A stretch of DNA of 54,267 nucleotides, counting the filler, from Stramenopiles sp. TOSAG23-2 (Eukaryota): NCBI GenBank assembly GCA_900128395.1. It is 4 parts of 4 records of this genome, joined end to end, with 100 filler letters (N's around TTAATTAATTAA, not from the genome) between each part and the next. Parts side by side here need not be neighbours in the genome. Positions count along the whole stretch, not along the records: positions 27,281 to 40,728 come from LT649800.1; positions 40,829 to 54,267 come from LT649801.1; 2 more parts are not named here. One strand, 5' to 3'. Made by a program: the position numbers and the translations under genes. Below the pieces are notes generated by a model that had not been told where the DNA came from, ran no database searches, and worked only from the letters and a program-made list of their open reading frames with translations. Of the stretch, positions 33,216 to 44,113 are shown piece by piece (position 1 is the first letter of the stretch; every line of letters starts with the position of its first letter).

Positions 33216-34052
33216 TCAATTGCTAGGAGCTGTTTGACAATGCAATGGTAATCTATGATCTCCATGATTAATAAGATGTATAATTTCTCTCAACAAGAAA
33301 AAAGACGCTGTAAATATACATGCAACAATGATTAATGACAAGATAGCATCTAATTTATCTTCTTTGATACCCCATGACAAAATTTTCTGTTGTTCTAAAT
33401 AAATTATGCATGCACCCATTGTTACAAGCAATGAACGTATGAAATCAGTATAAATGTGCGCCATTGCAGACGCCATATTGACATTTATCCGATTTTCACT
33501 GTCTTTTGTCTTTGCAAATACACAAAATATAATCATTGTTCCAATATCACAAAATAATCCAACGATAGTAAAAATTAATAGGATAGTAGAATCTATTTGG
33601 GTTGTTTCTGCATCATTTGGTCGTGTCATCCTATGCATTGCAGTAGATAAAATGTAAAAACCAACTATTAATAAACCAATTAACGAAAAAATTGCAGCGC
33701 CCATATTTAAACGAACAATATGCGTCCTGGAGCTAGTACCGTATTTATTACTATGGATAACAACATATTCAACATATAAATTTACGATATACGTAGTCAA
33801 ATCAACAGTATTTTGAATGGCATCTGCGGTTAAAGCTAGACTGTGACTAACATATGCAGCGAAATATTGCCCCAAAGTTACTAAACCTACTAAAACTATG
33901 ATACCAATCAATACTGTAGTATTATCAGCCGCACCATTTTTATTATTATTACTCAGAAGTGTTTTTTCATCTATTTTATTATTCGTATTTTCTATAAATT
34001 TAGAACGCTCGTCAACATTTCCCTCATCAATTAAATTGGATAGATTGTTCAT
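33216..34052 (-). CDS. Cation diffusion facilitator (ZnT/SLC30-like), TM domain only
   Basis: SHSLALTADAIQNTVD, NVNMASAMAHIYTD, LDAILSLII; six TM helices. Confidence 0.85.
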   Translation of the reverse strand: MNNLSNLIDEGNVDERSKFIENTNNKIDEKTLLSNNNKNGAADNTTVLIGIIVLVGLVTLGQYFAAYVSHSLALTADAIQNTVDLTTYIVNLYVEYVVIHSNKYGTSSRTHIVRLNMGAAIFSLIGLLIVGFYILSTAMHRMTRPNDAETTQIDSTILLIFTIVGLFCDIGTMIIFCVFAKTKDSENRINVNMASAMAHIYTDFIRSLLVTMGACIIYLEQQKILSWGIKEDKLDAILSLIIVACIFTASFFLLREIIHLINHGDHRLPLHCQTAPSN

Positions 34053-34695
34053 TGCTCATCAAATATGTACTATAAACTCCTATATATATATATATATGTT
34101 ACAAATATGTATATATTACTATATTTATCAATTAATATAGATATGACTATAATACAAATATATGTAAAACTCTATGTATATATGATGAATTCATATATAT
34201 TGTCCGTTGTACAAACTGATATGAATAGATATACCAGTAATAAATATTAATTAATAACCTACTTATACCAGGTACTCTATGTACTACTACTCCAGGGTGC
34301 CCAGTATGTGGCTAATAATAATATATATCTATTGAATATTATTCTACCTTCGGGAAGACTCTGCGCTTGCCAGAGTAATTAGCAGTAATTCTACCTGGTC
34401 CTAGCACTACTTGTAAAAAAATTATATAAAAAATGATGATGAAAAAAAAATAAAAAAAAAAGTCGTCTAATAAAAATAATATTAATAATACGAAATGTAC
34501 GATCAGTGGATTGATATTGTAAAATACATATTACAGTTATTCTTATTGATTAATAATACATTACAACTAAGAAGAACAACACATAAATATTTATATATAG
34601 ACTATTATATATAGAGAGAGACATATATATATACAATAAGTCTATTTTTATTTTATTAATCATTCCTTAATGATAATAATAGAATAAATAGAACG

Positions 34696-36321
34696 ATGAA
34701 GTTACTTATCTTAATATTAATATTACTCGTGCAACTTGGAAATGGACAAGACAATCTTGTACCAAAATTTACAGATGTCGTACAACAAGTATTTGATGGA
34801 ACTTTAGATGGTTTGATAATAAATGGCGATGTTAAAGCCACTAGTAAGACTGATTTGTCATTTGAAGCAAGATTTATCGTCAAACGGGATAATAGTCTTG
34901 GCATAGAAGTCGCTTTTAAAATAGAAGATGGGAAATGTGACTATCAAAATGTTAAAGTTACGTATGGTGCATCCATTTTGATGGGTGGGGACCTGAAAAA
35001 ATCATTAGACTTAATTTGCAAGTTTTCATCGGCTAGTATTTGCGATGACACTTCGAAGATTGTTGTATCGGAGGATACAATGGTATATAATTTATTGTCT
35101 ACTTCCAACGGCGCAGTATTGAGTGAAATTACTTTAAATACTGAAACTTTAGTAAATATATCGCAACCGGTAAAATCCGCTTTAAATTATTTAGGTGCAA
35201 AGGCAGAAATTAAAATTTTAAATCCAAATTTGATGGTTGCTGGGATGAACTTTTCAGTTGAATTCGATGCTTCTGCATTGAAACCTGGGTCTGGCATTTG
35301 TGCTACAGCAGCTGGTTCAACAATATGTTCAAATTATGAGATTGATGTAGAAAATTTCAATTTAGGAAAAGAAATGTTGCTATGGCTTCGTACAAATAAC
35401 AATAATTATAAAAATGGGGAGGCGCTATCCTGGCTACAACCGGATGGAACGTTTGTTATAGGAACAAATAGTTTAAGTTGTTTACCAACTCCAGGTGCGT
35501 TTTCATTTAATGTGAAAGGTGATGATTTGGCAGATATATTGGGAAATACCAATAATCTTCGCGATGCGTTGGTAAAAGTAGCAAATGATTGTTTGCCATC
35601 AGGTTATTCTATATCGGATAATGCGTTTCAAAATATTTCAATTACTCAAAATCCAGATGGCACATATACGGTGAATGGGTTGGCATATAGTGGCGCTGCA
35701 AAAGATCCTGCTGGTGTATTAGCCGCTACGCGTAAATGCATTGAAGACAATGCAAATGATTTGGTTATCAATGGAAAGACGGTGAAAATCAGTGGATTTG
35801 AAGGGGATAAAAATTGTGCAGCTTCACGCGATCGAGGCAGTAGTAATGTCTGTAATACAAAAAGTCCACCCGCATCACAAATGAGAGATGGGGACCAAGT
35901 CGTAAAGAATAATGATGCTTTGGATAATAAGGGCAACGGAAATTTCAATATGGTTGAAGTTATTATTATAACAATGATATTAACGTTGCTTGTCGTTTTT
36001 ATAGCATATGTTGGCTTTGTAAAATATAAAAATTATAAAAGACGTGTAAATGTAAGTTCCGAAAATGCACCAAATGCTAGAAGTAATGTCGACGGGGTGG
36101 ATCATTTTGAAAGAAATTCAACATTTCAATTAAATTTTAATCCAGTGAATATCCGTATGAACAATACGAAAAATAGTAGTAGTAATAATGCAAAAATAGG
36201 AAATCATATGAAATTGGTTGATGAAGAAAATAATGGTAAAGTCTCAAGCAATAGTAATAGTACCAGTTCCAGCACTAGCTGGGAAGATGTAGCTATAGCA
36301 AAGCGAAATGCTGGGAAGTAA
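34696..36321 (+). CDS. Type I membrane protein of unknown function
   Basis: Signal peptide MKLLILILILLVQLGNG, Cys-containing ectodomain, TM VIIITMILTLLVVFIAYVGFV followed by KYKNYKRR. Confidence 0.75.
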   Translation: MKLLILILILLVQLGNGQDNLVPKFTDVVQQVFDGTLDGLIINGDVKATSKTDLSFEARFIVKRDNSLGIEVAFKIEDGKCDYQNVKVTYGASILMGGDLKKSLDLICKFSSASICDDTSKIVVSEDTMVYNLLSTSNGAVLSEITLNTETLVNISQPVKSALNYLGAKAEIKILNPNLMVAGMNFSVEFDASALKPGSGICATAAGSTICSNYEIDVENFNLGKEMLLWLRTNNNNYKNGEALSWLQPDGTFVIGTNSLSCLPTPGAFSFNVKGDDLADILGNTNNLRDALVKVANDCLPSGYSISDNAFQNISITQNPDGTYTVNGLAYSGAAKDPAGVLAATRKCIEDNANDLVINGKTVKISGFEGDKNCAASRDRGSSNVCNTKSPPASQMRDGDQVVKNNDALDNKGNGNFNMVEVIIITMILTLLVVFIAYVGFVKYKNYKRRVNVSSENAPNARSNVDGVDHFERNSTFQLNFNPVNIRMNNTKNSSSNNAKIGNHMKLVDEENNGKVSSNSNSTSSSTSWEDVAIAKRNAGK

Positions 36322-36697
36322 TATTATGTATGATATGTACCATCGAATATGATTATATATGATATTACAAATATCATAAATATATAAATATATGCATAAT
36401 ATGATATGATATATATCATATCTTATGATATCATATGATACGATATGATATGAAATGCATACGCATAATGATATATTTTATCATGCGAAGCGCGTAATAT
36501 ATTATATCATGTTTTAGATGATGGTTAAAATCTAAGTTATAGTCATCGTTGTAATCATGTATGATACTAATATATATATATATATATATTATGCATAATT
36601 TATAAAAGTAAAAAATCAATGATATGTGTATATGTTAGTCGAGCTTGCTCGACGCTTCGCTTGAGTATATGTGTTTATAAAATTAAGACCCGGACCA

Positions 36698-36763
36698 AGC
36701 CAGGCTGGGCAAGCCTGGCAAGCTGGCAAGCTGGGCAAGCCTGGCCGGGCTGGCAAGCTGAGC
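36698..36763. repeat. GC-rich GCAAGC(C)TGG tandem repeats
   Basis: GCCAGGCTGGGCAAGCCTGGCAAGCTGGCAAGCTGGGCAAGCCTGG... Confidence 0.8.
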
Positions 36764-37295
36764 ATGAGCTTTTCTACCAGAAAATCGATAAATCATAAAA
36801 TTAGTATACTGATAAGTACAATTTACATATGTATCACTATCAACATTCTTTCTTGATTATGACAAAAATTTATTTATTTTTGAAAAATTTGTAGCAAATT
36901 AAAATAATATTTTAAAAATACCCATAATATGACTATAATTTTAACATATGCATAGTATTACATTTAATGTATTTTTTGACATTTAAAATACCAAATTTAA
37001 AAATTTTGCTGCCGCAAGGCCGTTTAGGCCTTTCCTCTCCCCCTTGATTTTAGTAAATGACCCCCTCTCGGTCGGCCTTAAAAATTTAAAATAAGCACTC
37101 TGATATATGATATATACTGGTAATATCATAAATATTACTGCGTATTATCATGTACATATATATATCTGGACCTTCATATGATGCCCATTTCTGATCAAGA
37201 AAGGGTTGATAACTCATACATTATCATTTCATATATATATATATATGATATATGATATATGATATCAATATCAATATCATATCATACCGCGTTTT

Positions 37296-38636
37296 TCATA
37301 ACTTGCTAGAAACGAAACCACTACCACTACCATTATCAATCATAGTTTTCCTATAATCAAGCGCCCAATCCAGATGATACTGACCATGGATTTCTGATGC
37401 TTTATCAATTGAAATTTCATAATCATACCCTAAGCCATTACCAATATTTAAAAAATTATGATAAAGCCACATTTGGTTCGAAAAATTTTGAGGTGCATCC
37501 CTCCATATTTTAGTTGATTCTTCCGTATCTTCTTTAAAACGATGACCAACGTCATCGATTGCAATACAAGCAGGTCTACCAATGCCAACCATATCGGCAA
37601 GATCAGTTTTGATTGTATCTTCTAACTGATAACCATGAACATAACCACCAGTGACGCACAATTTGACCTTTCCCGCTTTTTTTGTCAATCTAATTGCACG
37701 TACTCTATCTGCAAACCAAGTTGTTTTCAAACTTTCTGGCACAAACGTTCCTTCAGGCGCATTGTCACCAACTACTACGCCCCGCGAAGCTCTCATTGCA
37801 CGGCCAAAGTCACCCGAAAATTCCACTAAATCAACTAAATTTTCTTGATCCAACCAACTTAATACTTCAGCACATTCTTTCCATTTGAAACCATTATCAT
37901 CTAAATCGGAACAATGAATTTTTACACTTACAATAAAATTTGGCAATACAACATTTCGTATACCACGTAAAATACGCAACAAGAGTCTTGCTCGATTTTC
38001 CAAGCTACCACCGTACATATCTGTGCGTTTATTGGTGGTAGGACTGAGTAGAGAGCATACCAAATAGCCATGGGCTGCATGAACTTGCATTCCATCCCAA
38101 CCACATTCATTTAACACTTTTGCCGTATGGACCCATTTTTTAACGAAAAGGTCAAAGTCATCAACTGTGCAAGCTCTGGCTTCCGCTGGCATTTCCAAAC
38201 CACTTCGTTTTCTAGTGCTTCCTTTTGGAATTACACCAGCAGGCCCAGCGTTTGGACCAACTGTAAGGTCTACCGTATATTGATTGACTTTTAGTCCTGC
38301 GTTTGATACTTGTCCAATAAAAATACTTCCACCAGCTTTTGAAACCTTTGCCCATTTTCGTAACATTTCTCTTTGAAGACCATCATATGTATGTGGATAT
38401 TCTAAATCAATTGCAACATTACCAGCACGCTCTAAATATCTCCGATCACATACAATATTTCCACTGATAATTAACCCAATACCAGCTTGGCCCCACTTTT
38501 CATAAAGTCGAATGTGACGATTTGTTACCCTATTCTCTGGTGATGCTAAACCTTCTGTGAGAGCTGACTTTAATAGGCGATTTGGACAGATGTGTGAACC
38601 AATTTTTATTGGTGTTTGCCATTGAAGAGATGCCAT
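37296..38636 (-). CDS. NADH:flavin oxidoreductase (old yellow enzyme family)
   Basis: PNRLLKSALTE, GLIISGN, GWDGMQVHAAHGYL, NKRTDMYGGSLENRARL, ADMVGIGRP; start at MASLQW assumed. Confidence 0.92.
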   Translation of the reverse strand: MASLQWQTPIKIGSHICPNRLLKSALTEGLASPENRVTNRHIRLYEKWGQAGIGLIISGNIVCDRRYLERAGNVAIDLEYPHTYDGLQREMLRKWAKVSKAGGSIFIGQVSNAGLKVNQYTVDLTVGPNAGPAGVIPKGSTRKRSGLEMPAEARACTVDDFDLFVKKWVHTAKVLNECGWDGMQVHAAHGYLVCSLLSPTTNKRTDMYGGSLENRARLLLRILRGIRNVVLPNFIVSVKIHCSDLDDNGFKWKECAEVLSWLDQENLVDLVEFSGDFGRAMRASRGVVVGDNAPEGTFVPESLKTTWFADRVRAIRLTKKAGKVKLCVTGGYVHGYQLEDTIKTDLADMVGIGRPACIAIDDVGHRFKEDTEESTKIWRDAPQNFSNQMWLYHNFLNIGNGLGYDYEISIDKASEIHGQYHLDWALDYRKTMIDNGSGSGFVSSKL

Positions 38637-39587
38637 GTTTTGTTGTTGTTGTTGTTTTTTTATATTGCAATGACTCATTTTTATCTTCATGGTAGAATAT
38701 ATCTTTATTATATACATTAATATTATGCATACTAACCTGCCTTATATAGGTATAGTAGAGATAGAGTTTAAATGCATGCGGACCCAACTACAAAAGCGGA
38801 CCGACGAAATCAAGCGGACCCAAATTGGATCAAAAAATGAATTTCAAAAAAGGATTTTGTGATTTTATTTTTTTTTAAATAAATAACTATGAAATATCAC
38901 TTTACAAAATATAATCGGATATTTTTATGATAAAAATAATAATAATCGGCATATATGGAGTCATATTTTGCCAAATTTTCCCATCCGGACCCTAATCTCT
39001 ATAACCCTATTCTACAACTCTAACATTATGCTATTCCTATGCTATATATATTGCCGATTTTTTTTACAGGGATAAGAATAATATCCGATAATTAATAATT
39101 ATAGTTTATATCCAGAAAGTGATTCTATGATTATTTTTAGATGATAAAAATTCCTGAAGGTTATCAAATTAGGCAAAATCCATCGGCTAGCTATTATTCA
39201 ACAGTAGGCGGCACGTAGCTGCTGATTAACTAACGACAGAGATTGTATTCTTACGTGGTATTCTAGCGCCTTCCAGCTTTCCTATATATATGTTTACATT
39301 TCGAAGAAAAACGAAGAAGGTTTTTTGGATAATAATTCTTTTTTGATGAAAAAAGTAGGGGATTGTGTGTGAGGTGCTGTGAATATTAATATAATTTTTT
39401 TTTAATATTACAACTAAATATCATGCAATTTTACACATATTACGACAAAAATATACATTATATAATATATACATAAACATAAATATATAAATGCAAGTAA
39501 AATAAATGACAAGAAAGAATACATTTTGTAAATTATAAGTATATTATTTTGTTCAAAGATATATATACATATATATTATACATCATC

Positions 39588-40094
39588 ATGAAATCGATTA
39601 GTAAAAGAAAAAGAAATATGCATGTATCATTATTTTTTTTGATCCTCATTGTATGTGCAGAAATTAATAATGTTCATGCTATTTTACAACAGCATAGGCA
39701 GAAATTATCAGATAAAACATCTGGTATAGTAATGACTTCGTCTAAAGAGGAAGAAAAGACAATGGATGTTGTGCCTACAATCGTAAAAACAAAAGTTACA
39801 AATAGTAAACCAAGAAATTCACTTACTGGTGCGAGTGGCGCTAGTTCTAGTAAGAAAATAGCTATTTCACCAACCGGAGGTGCCACTGCTGGAGCTTTTA
39901 CTGGCAGTGCCACTGGAAGTAATAGTCAAAATTCAGACCTGAATCAAAAGAAGGCAGGAATGAATATTGATTCCTCAGATTATGATAATGAGCCAAAGAA
40001 TAAAGTTTCTAAGATAATGAAAGTAAAAAAAAGTAGCAATGGTGCGAAACAGATGAATAGTACTACTAGTATGACTAATACGACATTGTTTTAG
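39588..40094 (+). CDS. Small secreted low-complexity (S/T/K) protein
   Basis: MHVSLFFLILIVCAEINNVHA signal-like segment. Confidence 0.55.
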   Translation: MKSISKRKRNMHVSLFFLILIVCAEINNVHAILQQHRQKLSDKTSGIVMTSSKEEEKTMDVVPTIVKTKVTNSKPRNSLTGASGASSSKKIAISPTGGATAGAFTGSATGSNSQNSDLNQKKAGMNIDSSDYDNEPKNKVSKIMKVKKSSNGAKQMNSTTSMTNTTLF

Positions 40095-40728
40095 AATATT
40101 ATATATATGTCATATTTAATATCATATATAAAAAAAAAGATTGAGTGTGAGAGAAAGAAGAATATTTAAATGTCATATTTAAGGCTGTAATACATTATAC
40201 TGATTTTATTTTGCGTATTCGATATGTGTATTTTAACTTGGTGATGTTCCTTTCGCTCCCCTAGCGTCTAGCGTATCCCCCAACATACTCGGTGTAGTCT
40301 TATTGTCTTATAATTACCTATATAATTGTGAAGTGCAGAGAAATGAGAAATAGCTCTAGAGTCTAGAGTAGTACTATGAAAAAATACCAACAATATTTAA
40401 CGTAGAACGTAGTACCTAGTACTGTATTATAGTGTGTTGTTCCGACTACACAGTCCATATTATTTAATATTTATTATATATCTGGTATTCTGATATATGC
40501 TAAAATGTCCTGATTTTGGACATTTTACGTCCACCAGTTACGAAAAAAGAGCATAAACCTATAAATACGTTAGATACGACATAATTTATTACATATATCT
40601 TCAATAACTATATCTAAACTAAACATTCAGACCAATTTTTATACATATAAATGTATTTTTACATGTTTATCGAACAATGTCTATGTGTATCTCCATGTTC
40701 TAATTCTGGACTTGAGAATTTTCATATA

Positions 40729-40828
40729 NNNNNNNNNNNNNNNNNNNNNNNNNNNNNNNNNNNNNNNNNNNNTTAATTAATTAANNNNNNNNNNNNNNNN
40801 NNNNNNNNNNNNNNNNNNNNNNNNNNNN
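40729..40828. other. Artificial contig linker
   Basis: N44-TTAATTAATTAA-N44. Confidence 0.97.
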
Positions 40829-41539
40829 TGTGCATGTCAACACGGACGTATGGATGATGTAGAATTATTTATGAATCTCCATCCTTTTCATCAGTATATT
40901 ACTAATCGTGATGTGAATGGCTACAGAGATGATATGACATTGAAAGATTACGTGAATCAAGAAGGTAAAGATAGTAATGGTTATGAATGGACACCTTTAA
41001 TGAAAGCTGCAAGAGACGAACATTTCCAAGTAGTTGAATATTTAATTGAACAAGGTGAAGCTGATCCTAATATTGCAAATAGTGGTGGAAAGAATGTATT
41101 ACATTATGTAGCAGGTTGGATCAGAACGAATACTGGTTTGATTCAGCTCTTGTTAAATAATATGTCTCTTGATAGTATTAACCAGGAGGACTACGATGGA
41201 GTAACTCCTTTAGACTGGTGTTATGCTTATAATACAAGTCCAATTTGCCAAGAAATCATTGCACTTTTACGTTCAAATGGTGGAATTGCAAACTATTATG
41301 ATGAAAATGGTAATTATATTGGTAATGATATAAGTTCAGAAGATGAAGAAGAAGCAGAAGAAGAAGAGGAAGAAGAAGAGGAAGAAGAAGAAAAGGAAGA
41401 AAAGGAAGAAGAAGAGGATCAAACAGAAGAAGAAGAAGAAGAGGATCAAACAGAATCAGAAGAGGAAGAGGATCAAACTGAAGAAGAAGAAGAAGACGAG
41501 ACGAGGAAGAAACAGAAAAAGCAGATATGCTACCTATAG
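40829..41539 (+). CDS. Ankyrin-repeat protein with acidic tail (5' truncated)
   Basis: WTPLMKAA, ADPNIAN..G.NVLHY, GVTPLD; frame open from the gap (CACQHGRMDD). Confidence 0.85.
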   Translation, partial: CACQHGRMDDVELFMNLHPFHQYITNRDVNGYRDDMTLKDYVNQEGKDSNGYEWTPLMKAARDEHFQVVEYLIEQGEADPNIANSGGKNVLHYVAGWIRTNTGLIQLLLNNMSLDSINQEDYDGVTPLDWCYAYNTSPICQEIIALLRSNGGIANYYDENGNYIGNDISSEDEEEAEEEEEEEEEEEEKEEKEEEEDQTEEEEEEDQTESEEEEDQTEEEEEDETRKKQKKQICYL

Positions 41540-41789
41540 GAGAGAGAAGAGAGAAGTAATTAAAACACTGTCCCCCCGGAAAAATATATAAAAAAATATT
41601 TTGAGAAAAATAATAAAATATTTTATTAATATAACAAGAAAAAATATTTAACAAAAAGCATGAACAAAAAAATAGGTGGGTGGTAAAACGCACGTGCACA
41701 CAACCCTCTGTACCACTTTTTTTTTACTCTCTTGAATTTACTCTATTCTTTTTTTGTCCCCCCCCACTCGCATCAACCAACCTGATCTC

Positions 41790-43124
41790 TCACTTCTCAT
41801 CCCAATGACTTGGTCTATAATATTTAGTTGTTCCTGGATGAAATTTAACTGGACGTACCGTCCCACGTGGTGAAATTGCAAATGTTTGTTGATGTACTGG
41901 CGATTTTGATAATTTCAGAAGCCTATTTTTCTTTTTTTGTTCCATACGGCTATGTAAATCAGCTCCGAATAAAGCTGCTTTTTGATATCTAGCTCTTTGT
42001 TTAATTTTAGTCTGTATACGACCTTGTTCATAATTATCAACAACCACATCCCGTTCCCTACAACGTGCTGTTAAGCTATCAACGTATTCTTTAATGTTAT
42101 CGAGCCTTCTATTTCGTTGTTGAATTTTACGGTGCGTTTCTTCTATTCCAGGAGGTTTAGTGCCTAATGCGTTATTCCAATCCATGACCATATTCATTGT
42201 TTCCATTTGTTCTGTAGCATCTGCATAATGATCCGATGATTGAGTTGGGATAATTAAACCGGGGCCAAAAGGTTTCGGTTTAATCGGGGCGGGAACTGGC
42301 ATTCTTTGTATTGGCGATTGCAAATCAAAAATATCATTAAGTATGTCCTTTGGTTTTTCAGGATCAAGTATGGCGGATTGTGCTTTCGATGTTTTTGCCT
42401 CTGTCATTAAAATAGAATCTGCTAGGTGCTTGGCACGTCCAAGTTGACTTGGCATGCACATGGATACAGATTGCATTGGTTGCATTTTTTGCAATGCGTT
42501 TACCAGATCTACTGGTTGTATAAAACCATCTTCGTTCAAATCACACATCTTAACTAGCCTTTCTATTTCTGACGTTGTTAGAGGTAAATCGAGTTCATGA
42601 AAATATTGCAACAAATGCCCAGTAGTTATCCAACCACTTAAATCTGGATCTAGTTGATGAAACAATTCAACAATCTCTTTTCTTTTTTGTGGTATTTTGC
42701 TTGAAACTTCTTCATTTAGCCCCAATTGTGCTAAAAATCTTTGATTCCTTGGTGCAGTTAATAATAAATATTGATTTTTTTCTTTTGTTGCACCAAATGG
42801 AATACCGGTACTATTTCGACTATCTAATATACCTATTTCTTCTAAAACATTTTTTACAGTATCTTTCCTACGACTGGCCAGTAGAGCATTTTTATTATCT
42901 TTTGTTGCAACCCAATCTCCATTTCCACCTTTCGTAGGCGTTGAATAATCTGGTGGTGTTTGTGTAGTATTATACATAACTTCTTCATTAGTAATTGAAG
43001 TACCCCCTGGAGTAGTCCGTCGTCGTCTCTGGATTGGTGAGGACATCAATTGATTAGGTTTTTCATTTGTCGGTCTATTAGGTTGACGCGGTGTTACGTT
43101 TCCACCATCATTGCTGTTATACAT
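41790..43124 (-). CDS. EF-hand pair protein
   Basis: FHQLDPDLSGWITTGHL and MCDLNEDGFIQPVDL. Confidence 0.75.
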   Translation of the reverse strand: MYNSNDGGNVTPRQPNRPTNEKPNQLMSSPIQRRRRTTPGGTSITNEEVMYNTTQTPPDYSTPTKGGNGDWVATKDNKNALLASRRKDTVKNVLEEIGILDSRNSTGIPFGATKEKNQYLLLTAPRNQRFLAQLGLNEEVSSKIPQKRKEIVELFHQLDPDLSGWITTGHLLQYFHELDLPLTTSEIERLVKMCDLNEDGFIQPVDLVNALQKMQPMQSVSMCMPSQLGRAKHLADSILMTEAKTSKAQSAILDPEKPKDILNDIFDLQSPIQRMPVPAPIKPKPFGPGLIIPTQSSDHYADATEQMETMNMVMDWNNALGTKPPGIEETHRKIQQRNRRLDNIKEYVDSLTARCRERDVVVDNYEQGRIQTKIKQRARYQKAALFGADLHSRMEQKKKNRLLKLSKSPVHQQTFAISPRGTVRPVKFHPGTTKYYRPSHWDEK

Positions 43125-44113
43125 AGCAATTTAATATCCAAAATTAATTGCTGGTTCTGTATATTTTTTTACAATTCCTATCTATTGATGAACAATCATC
43201 TACTTGTTAGATACAACTGAAGTTACTACTTGTATATCTAATATGTATTTGCATATTATTATTATTATTTTATTGTGATGATCTTATAATATGATCTCTT
43301 GCCATGCACTCTGGCACTCTTGCACTCTTCTCGGTTTTCACATATTTTATTATGTAATAATGCTGTGACAGTCTAAGCAACAAAATGCTTTTAAGTTGGA
43401 CAGGTGATAATAATAGTAATCCCCTGTAAAAGAGAATTTGGGAGTTACTGCGTTTTCTTTCCAGTCTTATACTGGCTTACTGGTTTACCACTCCAGGTTT
43501 CCAGCTTTCCACAGCTTTATCATTTTCTTTTCCGTTTATGTACAATGTACATAGGGTAAAAGCAGAAGACTTTAACCTTTTAACCTGTACTTACAAGTAT
43601 CAAACGAGAGGTACATTGTAAAAGTGTCTTATTATTATTGCCCCCACCTAATTTTCGTACCAGCTGCAAGTAAGATATGTATTATCAAGTTGGGGTTTTC
43701 TGTAGTTGCGTTTCTTTTTTTTTTTGAGTTGTTAGATGCTTTTTTTGTAAGTACCAAAATTATTAGTCTTTTTTCCAGTGTACCAGTGTCCAGTGTACCA
43801 GTTTATTTGTTGTTAACATAATACAAAACGGTTGAAAATACTAAAAGATTAAATTAACATGGCAATAGCGTTATCTGGAACTATCTCCGAAGATGATAAG
43901 AAAAAAAAAAACAACAAATAAATGAATATTGCAACTATATTATAACTAATCATAATAGAAGAAGATTATTACAATAATTGCAACACAAATACAAGTATTC
44001 TTTATAACTTTTAAAATAACTTATACAAAAATACAAGCAATATTGTAAACTACTCGTATATAATACTACATTTTAACAACAATTAAAGCTACATATAAAA
44101 AAAATATTACAAC

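Noticed and set aside
40501-40527. 10-bp stem-loop TAAAATGTCC-N7-GGACATTTTA
   Set aside because: Isolated, AT-rich, no context; intrinsic terminators are not relevant to nuclear genes
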